64,000 nt of DNA, from assembly GCF_037042905.1 (NCBI RefSeq), contig NC_087251.1:20338001-20402000 (forward strand), in the 5' to 3' direction. Shown piece after piece: positions 39,329 to 52,997 of the stretch. This DNA comes from Lytechinus pictus. Taxonomy: Eukaryota. A program made the position numbers and the translations under genes. The notes under the pieces are model-generated. The model did no database searches. It saw nothing but the letters and a program-made list of their open reading frames with translations, and was not told the origin of the DNA. Position 1 is the stretch's first letter, and each line of letters begins with the position of its first letter.

Positions 39329-40387
39329 AAGTTTGGATTCAACCAACCTTTGGAACCACTTCGATCCCCTGGTTTTGAAACAGCTCATTTGATTTCTAAC
39401 CAATGTCTGAAGGATGCAAATATTTAATGAATATGCAAAGTGAACTGAAAATTTTACTATACATTCTTGTATTTTATATCCGGCTATACGCGCGTGCAAA
39501 TTTTCGTGCAATCAACGGCCGTATAGCCCAGTTAAGATAGGGTTAACGTTTTATTTGGATTTTTTTTCAGAATTATCCAATGCATGTAATAAAATATTGG
39601 AGATTCCATTATTTGTTTTTCGTCATTATATTTATTTTATTATTTTTTAGGGGCGTATTTTATGACTCTGATAAAAAACCAATAAAAAACAATGAAATTG
39701 GGCAGAGTAAATAATATTCGTTAAATATTTAATATTTTTGAGGAGCTGTAGTTTTGGGTCTCGTCTGCTTGTGAATATTGCGGTTTTTTATCTTTTTGTA
39801 TTTGTTTATTGCTCTCTCCGCTTCCTTCTCTTTCTACCCTCTTTCTGGCACAAGGCATCAGTTAATTTGGAAAAGGAATCAGTATTTGTTTTTTAATCCA
39901 TGGAATTGTAACCTCTTTTGTTCTTGAGTTGCTGTTTTAGTATTTTTGTTTTTTGTCTTTGCATTTGAAACACAGCGAGAAATAATTCAACGAAAACAAT
40001 TAATTTCTCAATTTTGAGATCGGAAGAGAAAATTAATGCATATTGTATATATAACATTGGAAAAGTCAATAGTTTTTGCAAAGGGGTGGATGTGTGCATG
40101 TGTGGAGGGCGTGAAAGGCAAGAGCCGGGGCGTTCACACCTGTTATTCCCACCGACTGCGTAGACATATTCGCATTAGACCAAATGGGCATCAGGCCAAG
40201 TGGGAATTGGACCAAGATTATATATCAGACGACATGGTCATTGGACAAAATGGCACTGGACATGGTGGGTACACTTTTAAAAAGAAGATTTTTACAGAAG
40301 AACAACAAAAATAAATACATTTTACAGAAAGAAACAACCAAATTATTTTGTAACATAGTTAGAACACATTTTGGTAAATTACCAAAA

Positions 40388-40631
40388 ACTGCTGCTCAAA
40401 CTTTCATTGATTGGGTATCCAGTCAGAACTGACAGTGGGTAAATTCTCAAATCTGATTCCTCCAGGAGTCGTTGATGATCTCACACGCCACGTATCTATT
40501 TCAGGGGATATTGAGCATCAAAATTTCGTGCCGAATATAATATAGGAGACATATTGTAGTTTGCAGATGAAAGCCCTGTAAGTCTATCGATTAAAAGGTT
40601 GATTTTGGCTGTTGACGAAACTAATGACTCT
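40388..40631 (+). pseudogene. Second copy of the decayed serpin fragment
   Basis: Appears identical to 36741-36984 at offset 3647. Confidence 0.85.
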
Positions 40632-41339
40632 GGCGCGGTCATGATCTTAGTTTTATTTAACATAAATTCATTCATTTATCTTGTAACCAAGACACGTCAA
40701 GAGATTGTCTGACCTCGTTTTTAACCTCGTATCTATTATAATGTGCCCTTTGATTTCTCTTATCTTTTTAAGACGCCCTCGCCGAATCTGTTTCAATGGC
40801 TTATTTTATACCGTTAAGATTAAAAAGTTTAACCGAGGAAGCAGACAATATTCTTGCTCGGTCGCGACATTACTTCATGCACTGGAATGTCTTATTGTAT
40901 ACATTGCTCTGGGGTCAAAATGCTAAGACTCGCTTGTTATTTAATCCAACACATTCTGTTTTTGTTGTTGCTGCTTTCTTGCCAATGAGCACAGTTTGAG
41001 GCACGGATTCTATTTGTATGCTTTTCAAAATAACGTCTTTGGCTTATGCGCCATATATACTGCACATGCATACGGGGTGGTAATCACTGCTAGCAATCGC
41101 ATTATAGCTAAACATACCCAATACCATAGATATATACACCATAGTTAGATACATGTACAGTATTGCCACCATAGAGATATATATACTAATATATATCTCT
41201 ATGATTGCCACTGACTTTCCTGCTAATTTTTTTGCTGCACAGCGCCATCTTTTTCCATTTGTGTCAGACTTGGGAATTGAAGAGCGCCATCATATTCAAC
41301 AACAACAACAACTACTACTACTACGTACAACTACTACTA

Positions 41340-41371
<32 letters not shown>

Positions 41372-42920
41372 TTTGCTCTCACATTTATAATATATTGGAT
41401 TTTATTGCAATAAAACTATCAAAATACAATCACAAGCAGTCAAATACTAAAATGAGTGAAAGTTTACATGTACAAATAGAAATATAACAAAATATAAAGT
41501 AAACATAAATAAATATTAAATACAATACAAATTCATACAGATAAAAAAGAAATGTATCATAAATAAATACCAAAGGCAATAACATAATTACTACAAAGTG
41601 TCACCAATGAAGAATAGGGGGAATGAAAGATTAGGAAGAAAGAGAGAGGAGAGGAAAAAGATGAGAAAGAAATAGGGATAAGACAAAAGAGAATGGAAAG
41701 CAAGAGGTGGAAATTGGAAAGAGAATAAGAGGCAGCCTTAAGAATAAAAAACTCATTATACAATACAAGACATTTGACAATGGTCACTAACATGTAAATA
41801 AAGTAGTGTTGTTATGTGATTTACTTGTACCCAGGCAGACAATTCCTGTTGTTTCCACTTCTTTTTAATTTACATCAATGATTGATTTTTTTTCTCCTGT
41901 CATTGTTTTATGTTTGTATATTGCTCATGTAAGTCACTTGGGTTAAAATGGAAGACTTTCTCTCCTTTCCCGGCATTGCTGTGACTATACGGTTCGTTCT
42001 TTCCATGTTCGGGGATAATGTTGAATGAATAATTAAGAGTGATGGTAATAATAATTGTGACGACGACGACGATGATGATGATGATGATGATGATGATATT
42101 GATAATAATAATAATAGTAATAATAATGATAATGATAATAATAATAATGACAATAATAATAATAATAATAATAACGATAATAATTCAATTCAATTAAATT
42201 TATTTCCCACATATTGAGTAAAAAACATGCAATATCAGTAAAATCAAATACATACATAGATAATAATACAAGTATAAATAGTTACAATATATTACATAAA
42301 AAGACAGAAGATCAAAATGTGGAGGGGATTGACAAAGGCCATATTAATCTATCAAGGTCAATCCCCAATGAAAAAAATGGAATACATAAATTACCTATGA
42401 AAAAAAGATACTTGACCTCAAAACCCCAGACAAAGCAAAAGAAAGTAAAAGACGAATAAAGGGGAAGGAGAGGCAAATATAAAACTACCATAAGGAGTAA
42501 GAAGGAAAATTTACATTTTCGTTTGAAATAATAATAATAATAGTAATAATAAAATAGTAACAATTAAGGTCTTACATCCTTCAAGAGTAATATTGGGAAT
42601 ATTACGAATGTAAAATATTTAGAATGTGAACATTTTTATTTACCTCACTCTCATATTCATTCATTTTGCCAACAGAGTGAAATAATCTTCTATCATTTTG
42701 TTTCCCCATTTTTCACTCCTCTCCTTTCTTCTTTATTTCTCTTACTTCCTCTTTCGCATTTGCTTCCTTATATAACTGGCAAGTGATAAGAATCTAGAGT
42801 CTATAGCGTTTGTTATGATTTTAGTATCGTTTGCTTTGCTGAACTCAAAACTAACGCATTCTAATACGATGAATTTTGTCTCTTACATCTGTCCTTCTGT
42901 AGATACTACTTCTTTATATG

Positions 42921-42975
<55 letters not shown>

Positions 42976-45441
42976 AAGTTTGGATTCAACCAACCTTTGG
43001 AACCACTTCGATCCCCTGGTTTTGAAACAGCTCATTTGATTTCTAACCAATGTCTGAAGGATGCAAATATTTAATGAATATGCAAAGTGAACTGAACTCA
43101 AGTAATGAAAACAATAAATGTGTAGCGCTCAGGTATTGCTTCAAAATACCTGCAAATTCTCTTGTCTGGGATGTTATTGTTTTTTTTAAGGCTGTTCCTT
43201 TTGTAAATATATTTTGTCCTTGAGTGCAAACAGTTTCCTACATTCTGGAATGTGTTTATTTACATTGACACCCGTGAACTCCATTTATAATTCTTTTCAA
43301 TGTAATGAAAACGATGAACACGCCAGAGCCGCCAGTCTGTAGCACAAAAATACACATATATTTTCAATAATTAACCAAAACAGATATCTTCGAACCCTTT
43401 CCATGCACGTGGTAAGGTTTTCTTAGAAAGAAATTTGACAATTGACTTATTGAATATTCAGCTAATCACCCCTAATCACATGAACACCATTGTCTTGATA
43501 ATGCCTTTTGTTCATTTGATTTTGTATGTATACATAATGACTGTCGTTTGTATAATTTGTCATGTCATTAGACAGTTGAACAAATAGATCTATGGAGTAT
43601 GGGTACTTTTTGTTGCTCAGAATTTACCTAAAATTGAAGGCAGGGAAAGAACCGCGACTTCCTCATAATGACACTAAAAATCAAGCAAGTTTTAGGGCAC
43701 CAGCGGGACGTTTAATACCACTGGACAAGCCCTCGGAGGGGTTAGAGTGATATCCCCATAAATTCCATTTACAGGGAATCATGTTTCAATTGAAACGTTG
43801 GCACTGTTGTTTGATCAGAATTATTTTTGTATAGTACTCAGTCTGATTCTAATTCGACCATGCACCTTTTAGTCAGGTTCACTATGTTCATATTTGAGCT
43901 TTCGCCGGATCTTATTGGAGAAATTGAAAACTACACATTTTTGGAAAGTTAATTGTATAAGGATCCAGAATAGCAATGTTTCCATTTGCACCCGTGACCT
44001 GCATAGCCGCCATTTTGTATTTTTCAAAATGGCCGCCAAAACAGGGTTGTCGACAACATATCGGCTTCTAAGTAACCTAGAATCATGATTTTGACACCTA
44101 AGACACCATTTATGAGGTTTAGGAATCTATTGGTATAAAAATAATCAACTTTATTAAAAAACAAAATCATTTACATGGTATTTTCTGTCCCTTTCTTCAT
44201 ATTTCCAGACTCAACTCGTATTAAAGTTCAAATTAAGTATTCCAATTTAAGCGATCAGTAAGGGAAATGTTAAGCCAGTGTGTCATTAATACTTTTTCTA
44301 AAAACTTAGCATGTGTTTCAGGTTACGTGATCAAGGTCAAAGGTCAAATAGGGTAGCTGAACTTTGACCATGTTAGGGTATCAACTTGAAATCCGAAACA
44401 AGCTTAAGTTTCGAAAGATCATTATAACTTAGAGAGGATATGGGTAATAAAGTATCACAGATCATCTTGAATGAGTTTCATCAAGTCTGTGACATGATCA
44501 GGGTCAAAGGTCATTTAGGGTTAATGCATTTTGACCATGTTGTGATTTAACTATTCAAAACTCATCAGATTATCCAATGCTAAGATTTTAATTTTTCAAA
44601 CTTGGCCTAATTTAGCAAGTCCCTATTTTATAAAACTTCCATATAATGGTCATCAAGTATCAGAAAATGGATAAATGAATTTCAGTCCTCCATGTGAAAG
44701 TAATTGGTCAATTTTGAGTCAAATAAAAGTCAACATAAAGAAAATTACAAAGAGATTAGATGAGATTTTAAATTTTCAATAAAATTGAAATTATCCATCA
44801 GTATTAAGTTAAACATGGATATAATGATTAACAGGTATCAGGAATTAGATTACTACGATTTAAGGTTATACTGGCTCAATGTCAAAGGTCATTTCAAATC
44901 TTTAATGGATAAGAATATATACTTTGCTCATAATCTTGAAATACTTTTGATATCACAAATCTTATAAAATGAAAAGGAAGCTTTTCAGTCAAGGTGAAAA
45001 GTCATTTGATGTCAACGAAATTTTTATTTAAGATGAAGATCGATGAATTGATGAATAAATGAAAGATATTTAAATTTTGAAGTCAGCACTGCTGCTATAT
45101 TGAATTATTTAATGCAGGTGATGCTGCCTGGGGCATTCCACTTTGTTTAAGTTGAAAACGGTTGGCCCCCAACTAACGTTGGAGTCGCCAGTGACCTGAA
45201 ATTTCATTCATTATTTATTTGATAACTTTTTTTAAAATAAAATATGTCCTTCCACTTTGAAAGTTACAATAACACTTTAAAACCTCACCTTAGTTAAGAT
45301 TTTAATGTTGCTACCACGAACATGGTCAAACTTCATTGACCCTAAATGATCTTTGGCCTTGATCATGTGACAGCCTAAAAATCATGGAAGGTGACCAGTA
45401 TACTTCATTGCCCATATCATGTTGTATTATCAACATCTTGT

Positions 45442-45615
45442 GGAGGCGCCTGGCTATACATAGAAAGTCCGGGGTTCGATCCCCGGCCGTGGCACCTATG
45501 CCCGTGAGCAAGGCATTTAATGTACATTGCTCTTTTATCCTGCTTTCAAATAAATGGAAATGCTATATGCATTATTGGTAACTTGGTGTGAACTCGTTTA
45601 AAAAAGAAAAAGAAA
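45442..45615 (+). mobile_element. tRNA-derived SINE remnant
   Basis: B box GGTTCGATCCC (45473) is followed by CCCGTGAGCAAGGCATTTA, a motif common in deuterostome SINE bodies, and an A-rich end. The A box is degenerate. Confidence 0.55.
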
Positions 45616-46925
45616 CCATTTCAATCTTAACAAAGGATTTTATTTTGGAAATGGCATCATAGTATAAGGACATATTTGATCAATATTACATAAGTTATCG
45701 AGTATCACCATATCCAATGGAATTTCTGGTCACTTAGCTCACTTATAGCGAAGATCGATAAATTGTTGTCAAATTATACTAAGTTGAATAAATGACAGAT
45801 CGCCTGCAGTACACAATCCAATTTACATGTAGCAGCAGTGATAACTTTGCAAATGAGCACCGTACTTGTAAGATGAATATTTTTATTTTCTTTTATGAAA
45901 AGAGAAACCCCGTTATTTGATAATAAAGTTTATTGACTTCAAATTACCTTTGACCTTTACTTAAAAACATGCTTTTCAATTCATATCATGTGTCATATCC
46001 AATACCGATCTCATACAAGTTTAACTTACTGTTATTAAGTATTTTTGCACGTAATTACACAGAATATACATTCTTATCCTAGTTAATTGATCTGAAATGA
46101 CATTTGACCTTGTAGGCCCCTACCCGTAACCTGAAATATAATTTATATATATATATAATAATATATATAATATATACATATAATTTATATCTTTTAACCA
46201 TTATATGCATTTTTTTCCTGACTGATAACTTCAAAAATATGTCTACAAGATAAAATCCTCACCTTTGAAAAAAAAAAACATGTCAATTAAGTTGACCTAC
46301 GATTGGCCTTTGACCTTTGCCTAGTAACCCGAAAGTCATTGATTTGCTTACTTGATGACTATTGCATTGTATGAAAGTTAAATCTTATCCTTGATTAAGT
46401 TTTGTTTTGGTTAGTGAAACCACAACATGGTCAAATTGCATTAACCCAAGTGACCTTTGACCTTAATCATGTTACCTGAAACTCATGCAAGATGATCATT
46501 GATACTTAATTACCCAAATCCTCTAGGTTATGGTGAGTTTTCAAACACTCATCATGAATTGGTTAAGATTTCAAAATAATACCTCGGCCAACATAGCCAA
46601 AGTTCATCGACCCTCAGTGACCTATAACCTAATCACGTGACCTGAAACACATGCTAAATGATTTCAGAATCATGAATGAAACACTGGTTTAACATTTCCC
46701 TTACTGAAAGGTATGTTCAGGCCACTTAATTCGCAACGCTTAATTTGACCTTCAATGTCATTTCGAGTCTGGAAATATGTAGAAAAAGACAAGAAATATC
46801 ATAAAAATGATTTTCTCTCTTGGATAAAGTTTATTATCTTTATACCAATGGATTCCTTTGACCTCAGGGATGGTGGTTTAGGTGTCAAAATCAAGATTTT
46901 AGGTTACTTAGAAGCCGAGATATTG

Positions 46926-49605
46926 GTTACAGTTCGTAATTCCGAAACACGAAAATTGCCTATACCCCGATGTTCGTTAATCCGAAAACGAAATAAGGTT
47001 CGTTGTCCCGAAGGTTCGTTAATCCGAAAACGAAATAAGGTTCGTTGTTCCGAAGGTTCGTTAATCCGAAAACGAAATAAGGTTCCTTATTCCGAAGGTT
47101 CGTTAATCCAAAAAATGAAAACCTGGAAAGCAGAGGAAGGGCAAGTGTGGTGGTGGGGGGGGGGGGGAACACAGTTGCTGTTCAATTGTTATGAGGATGG
47201 GAAGGCAAGGGCGGCCGAAAGTATTTTAGTTTGGGGGGCAAAGCCAAAAATGACACTCGTACGTCAAAATAGGCACTTTGGTGATATTTTCACCATGAGA
47301 TTATCATCTGCGTGAAGTCATTGTGTGATTTATAGTAATTAAATAAAATAAAAACTTTTTGAAGTGACTTCTGATTATGGAAAAATGTATATTTAGGCTT
47401 TATTTTTCGCGAGAGAGTATAATGAGCGAGCGGTTTGGTAAAAATTCAAAGCTGAAGTTGTAAAACTCGTTTTTGGGGTCAATTACTGTTAAAATGGCAT
47501 TATTGTGAGGTGTTGCCATGCGAGAATCACAAGCTCAAACTTTGGGGAATTTCAAAAAGAAATGAAAATAAAAAATTCCGAGCAGGTTTCTGCTATCATT
47601 AAAAAGATGTGCATCTAACCATGGAGCCTAGGGTCCATGATTGACCTCTTTATGATACTTATTTCCATAGGCGGCGGAAGCGGGGGGGACATGTCCCCCC
47701 TAATTTTTTTTTTTGCTTGTCAATTTTTGTTGTTGGTCCCCCCTAAAATTTTGGTTGATAACTTTTTTTTTTTTTTTTTGCTTGTCAAAAAATTTTGCTG
47801 GTCCCCCCTAATTTTTTGGGCTTCCGCCGCCATTGCTTATTTCACCAATCGAATAATGCGAGTGCGAAGTGCGAGCTGAAAAATTGTAATATTCCAGCCT
47901 GAAAATTAATCTAAAATGTATACTTTAAAAAGAGTATTTATTTTGAAAAAAAAAGGGAAATTCCAATTTTGAAAAATTAGCATTTCCCTGTTATTTATTT
48001 TGGGGGTGCAAGTGCCCCTGCCCCCCCCCCCCTCCGGCGGATCCAACTTTCGCTAACAGGGGAGGGGTCGAAATTTTTTCACCCAAACTTTCCCCGATCG
48101 GCAGCTCAAAGTTGATTTTTGTTTGTTTGTTTCTTTGAAAGGGTATAGTTCTAACAGTCAATAATTAGCTTTATTCTTATTAAAGAAAGTAAATATGTAA
48201 TAATATCATAAGCACTTTTTAAATAATGCGAGCGCGAAGCGCGAGTTATAATTTTTTTTTGAAATATGATGGGCAATATGTTTGTGATCTTCAAAACAAG
48301 ATGCCTATGTAACTAGATAACAACTGCGAGCAAGAAGCGCGAGCATAAATTTTAAATATAAGCACTGATCTGATTTAAACGGGACATGAGATTATCATCT
48401 CTGTAAAGAAGTTGTGTGTTTTGTAGTAATTAAGTTGAGCAAAGTTTTTTAATTGATTTCTGATTGATAAGATATCTATTTAGGGTTTTTTTTAGCGAGC
48501 AAGCGTAGCTTGCCAGCGGTTTGGAAAAAAAATCAAATCTGAAGTTGTCGAAATAGCTTTTTGGTCAATTATGAACCTAATTACTGTTAAAAGGGCATTC
48601 TTGTGAGATGTTGCGAGCGAATTACGAGCTCAAACTTTTGGAAATTTCATTTAGGCCTAATAAGACATACTAATTATAATAATATTGGTATTATTTACCA
48701 AGGGAAGCCACTTCAGTTCTGACAACGCTCCACATTAAAAAAAAACATTCCGAGCATTTTTTTGTAATCATGAAAAAATGATTAACATTGTTAACACTAG
48801 GCGTATAACGATCAATTAAATTTTATTAACATTTATATTCTTCATTACCATTTTATTATGATCATCGTTTGGATTATTATGATCATCATTAGTATTATAT
48901 ATATATTTTTTTTTTATATAATTACCAGCAGAAGCTCTTATTAAAAGTGACATCCCCTCCAATACAAATCCTATTATCTGGAGGTTACTCGCACGCGACC
49001 AACACACTTAATCCACTTAAACCATTTGCTTAGGCAGCAATTGCTCCGATAAAATCGAAATTAAGCCTAAGCTTGATCCGGGCGCCTATTCTTAATGCAA
49101 TGCTTTGGCCACAACACACACATGTATCATCGTTCGTTATTACTATTATTGCATAATTTCCTGTTATCTTGTAAGGACAACATCGTTCTTGTGACCAAAA
49201 TGAATTAATATCATTTTCGGAAATACGAACCTTATTTAATTTTCGGATTAACGCACCTTATTTCCTTTTCGGACTAACGAACCCTCGAAATTACGAACCT
49301 CACTTCGTTTTCGGACTTACGAACCTTCGGAATTACGAACCTTATTTCGTTTTCGGATTAACGAACCTTCGGAATTACGACCCTCATTTCGTTTTCGGAC
49401 TAACGAACCTTCGGAATTGCGAACCTCATTTCGTATTCGGATTAACGAAACTTCGGAATTACGAAACTCATTTCGTTTTCGGACTAACGAACCTTCGGAA
49501 TTACGAACCTCATTTCGTTTTCGGACTAACGAACCTTCGGAAATACGAACCTTCGGAATAACGAACCTTCGGAATAACGAAGCTTCAGAATTACGAATGT
49601 ATGCG
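46926..49605. mobile_element. MULE/foldback-like element with 39-bp subterminal minisatellites
   Basis: 9-bp TSD GAGATATTG (46917-46925 and 49606-49614). GAAGGTTCGTTAATCCGAAAACGAAATAAGGTTCG repeats at ~46970-47110 and inverse repeats at ~49215-49600. Confidence 0.75.
47666..47835. mobile_element. 170-bp hAT-like MITE
   Basis: TIR CATAGGCGGCGGAAGC / GCTTCCGCCGCCATTG. Perfect 8-bp TSD CTTATTTC. Confidence 0.85.
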
Positions 49606-50558
49606 GAGATATTGTCGAAAACCCTGTTTTTGGCGGCCATTTTGAAAAATCCAAGATGGCAGCCATATGGGTCACCGGTGCAAAGGAAACATTGTTATTC
49701 TGAATACTTATACAATTACCTTTCCAAAAATGTATAATTTTCAATTTCTCACAAAAAAATCCTGCAAAATTACATAGCGAAACTGACTATTTTGATAAAG
49801 TCAACTTTAACTATTAACTTTACTGGAACCCCAGAGCATGCCACGACGATTTTACTACACTTCAATGCTAGTCATTTTCCCTAGACAGTATTGGACTTGG
49901 AGCCCGTATGGTATATTGGCTGGCCAACATGTTTGAGTAGAAATCTGGTCATTTACGTCAGAATTATGGGAAATCAACTAAATGTTTCATTAAAATCATG
50001 TCACTGTCAGAAGAATTCTGGATTTGTATTGAGTTCCTTTTACAATCAATAAATCTGTATCCCTTACCATTTGTCTGAAAATGAAACTTGTATCATGCCC
50101 ATCCGTCATCTGTAATTCAAAGCAAATTCCTTTTGTTAATGTAACACTATCACATAGCTTGACACAATTCTTATTGATAGGATGTGTATGAAAATACCTC
50201 AGTGAACAAAAATGTTGTACCTCATCATTTCGACGACATACAATGCACATTCTTTAATCTAAAATACTTCATTACTTATAGTAACTTGGATATCACTGTT
50301 TTGTGAAAATAAACATAGAAATGCTATAACATATTTATTCTGCATCCGATTCTAATGAAATTCATAATGTTGTGCTTGATTTGGTTAGATTTGGCCTCTC
50401 TTCAAAGCAGTGATTTTATGAAATGACACTGGTTTACCTCCATTATCATAGGTCAAAAAGCAATTTCGGATAATAATGAAAAGTACACTTTAAAAAAAAT
50501 AATGTGTATGGATATATGAATGATGAGATACAAAGGTCACATACCAAAAAGGTATAAA

Positions 50559-51264
50559 AGGGGAAGATCACCCTGAAGAAAAGTTTGTTATAAAATAGCA
50601 GAAAAAAAACGATTGTATTATTAACATACGTTTCGGTTTGTCATATTTATTTTCAAGCATTTTTTGCTTACAATGGCAATCCATCTTCTGCTACTGATTT
50701 TATGTTCAATGATATATGCCTGATTTATTGGCAAAATATATTTTTTTCATATTTACGTTATATTTTATTGTTATGTAGAAGAAAAATAAAAATAAATCAA
50801 TCAAAATCAAAATGATTAAAAATATTGGTGAAGGTTTGAGGAAAATCCGTTAAAGATTTAGAAAGTTTTTAGAATTTTAAGTTTTTGGGTTTGTGGCGTT
50901 ATAAACGGGCAGGTGCCCCATAAGTTATGTAATTTCAAATTACATGGATTTCATTTTGAATGGTTTCTGATGACTTTTTTGGTTTTCTTTTCATGATGGG
51001 GTGAGAAATGATTTTTCTATTGATATACAAAAGGTACAGTAAAAATAATTTTCAATTTTCTGAAAAAAATGACACTTCATTGATTTTTTTTAAACATACG
51101 CTATGTAGGAATTCTGCTCGAATACAACGTCACAAATCAAATAATTAAAATACTAATAACTTTTTAATTCTTTGATGGATTTATCTCAAACCTTCGGAAA
51201 TACTTTTTCAAATATTTTTTTCTGCTATTTTTACAATTAACTTTTGTCTGGGTGAACTTCCCCT
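50559..51264. mobile_element. Kolobok-like palindromic MITE with an AT-rich insert (~50610-50810)
   Basis: AGGGGAAGATCACCC / GGGTGAACTTCCCCT termini, TAAA/TTAA flanks and long imperfect arms. Confidence 0.7.
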
Positions 51265-52196
51265 TTAAAAATGGGTTATCATTTATGTTATCATCAGTAC
51301 ATGCATCATTCATCGCGGATTTGGGTGCTTTACAAGAGCCGGATGTCATATTTGTTTGCATTCAGGAGTTTTTCAGAAGCGAAAATAACTTAGCCAACGA
51401 GGGACGGGAATTTCTTGTCATGATAGGGAAGGGTGAGAATAGAAATGTGGATGATATCAATGTGTACTCACCCCTGCCCTGGATAAGTTTGAACTATTTG
51501 TATACTAAGGATGCGAAGTGATCGTATGAAATTTTCAGGAGTAAACTTCTCATTGTGAACATATAAAACGGTGTGTATTCAGTGAATAGATTTTCTTAAC
51601 AGTTTAAATTATAATATGTATATATATATATATATAAGAGGGGAAGCCTTTTCAGATTTGTTTCGATTCCTCGTCGGCTTCCCGCAAGAAGGGACCTATA
51701 TAGCGCGCACGTGCGCAAAATGTACATTTTCGAGAAAACGCAAATTATGTTTTGACCATATTTTTGTGCTTTTAGCAGCTAGTGTATTATTTTCTGTCCT
51801 AATTCTCAAACTTTCTGACAAAGAAAGATTTTTGTTTCATTGATATTTGTTTATTTCATTTTAAAACACTATAAAACGCCTCTCCGGGAACGAAATGCGC
51901 GACCCAATTTCCAGAATAAGGACGCGTCTATGTGCGTAAAGCACGTTGGAATGTTTGTGCTTATTACGTCATAATGACGTCACATTTAGGTTCGAGAATG
52001 GTACCAGGAAAAAATTTCATGACATGCTTTTTCCATTTCAGCAAAAAAAAATTAAGAAAATGTCGATAACGGTCTTTTTGCGGGAAGGCGACGTCCTCAC
52101 CGTTTCCGGCAGTTTATGAGATGATATTTTGCCAAGAAGGCCTTTAATATCATCCAAATCAGGTCGGGTCAGTGTGACGACATCGATTAACAGAGT

Positions 52197-52949
52197 ATGC
52201 CAGGACTTAAGAAAAATCAATCCATAACGTTCGAAGATTTCATTGGAATCAAGTCTGAACTTCAAAAACTAAACAAAACACTAACATCACAACTCAATGA
52301 AATTAAATCTGGTCAAGATGAGCTTCGAAAATCTGCTGAGTTCTTTAGCGATAAAGTGGATGAGCTCACCTGCGAGGTGAAAAGGCTGAGTAGTGATAAT
52401 GCTTCTATGAGTATGAAGAAAGAAAATGAGGATCTGAAAGCAAAGATGACGACACTTGAACACCAAGTGAATGATTTGGATCAATATCACAGAAGGATCA
52501 ACTTAGAAGTGGCTGGTGTTCCTGAGAAGGAAGGTGAGAATGTGAGGGAGGCTGTCCTTCACGTCATGAAGAAAATTTCACCAGAGGTATCCAACGACGA
52601 CATTGATGTAACACATCGACTTGGTCAGAGAAGAGAAGGTGGTCCAGCCAGACTAATCATCGTTAGATTCACGACCAGAAGGATGAGGGATACTCTATAC
52701 TCAGGCCGGAAAAAACTGAGGGAAACATCAACCCGTCACCTGGGATTCTCAAGAGATGAAGGAAAGGTGTTCCTCAACGAAAATCTAGCTCCAGCTAATA
52801 AGTCTCTCCTGAAGAAGGCGAATGACGAGAGAAAGAAGGCGGGATACAATTTCTTATGGACAATGAATGGCACCATTCTGGTGAAGAAGAGCCCGAATGT
52901 TCCACCGGTTGCTATTCATCGAGAAGAGGATCTGAACAAAATTAAGTAA
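52197..52949 (+). CDS. LINE ORF1 protein (coiled coil + RRM-like, L1-ORF1/Transposase_22-like), 250 aa, open
   Basis: Heptad-rich N-terminal half, then LDQYHRRINLEVAGVPE, DIDVTHRLG, IIVRF, VFLNENL and FLWTMNGTILVKK. Confidence 0.85.
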   Translation: MPGLKKNQSITFEDFIGIKSELQKLNKTLTSQLNEIKSGQDELRKSAEFFSDKVDELTCEVKRLSSDNASMSMKKENEDLKAKMTTLEHQVNDLDQYHRRINLEVAGVPEKEGENVREAVLHVMKKISPEVSNDDIDVTHRLGQRREGGPARLIIVRFTTRRMRDTLYSGRKKLRETSTRHLGFSRDEGKVFLNENLAPANKSLLKKANDERKKAGYNFLWTMNGTILVKKSPNVPPVAIHREEDLNKIK

Positions 52950-52997
52950 AACTCTCATACGCATATATGTTTATATAACTGGTGTTTTATGTAAATA

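Larger units (their letters stand above)
35799..43096 (+). repeat. Head-to-tail duplication of a 3647-bp segment (35799-39445 and 39446-43092)
   Basis: All ORF-track entries repeat at a constant offset of 3647. 4-bp TGAA microhomology at 35799, 39446 and 43093. Confidence 0.95.
43870..49789. mobile_element. Long-TIR non-autonomous element, Academ-like, with nested insertions
   Basis: Termini TAGTCAGGTTCACTATGT / ACATAGCGAAACTGACTA, with TTT on both flanks. The left arm 43870-~44500 is an imperfect inverse of ~46430-46925 plus 49606-49789. Confidence 0.65.

Noticed and set aside
46755..47315. 186-aa ORF with SLIRKRNKVR repeats (and 49317-49744 ORFs)
   Set aside because: Read-through of a 39-bp subterminal minisatellite across transposon junctions.
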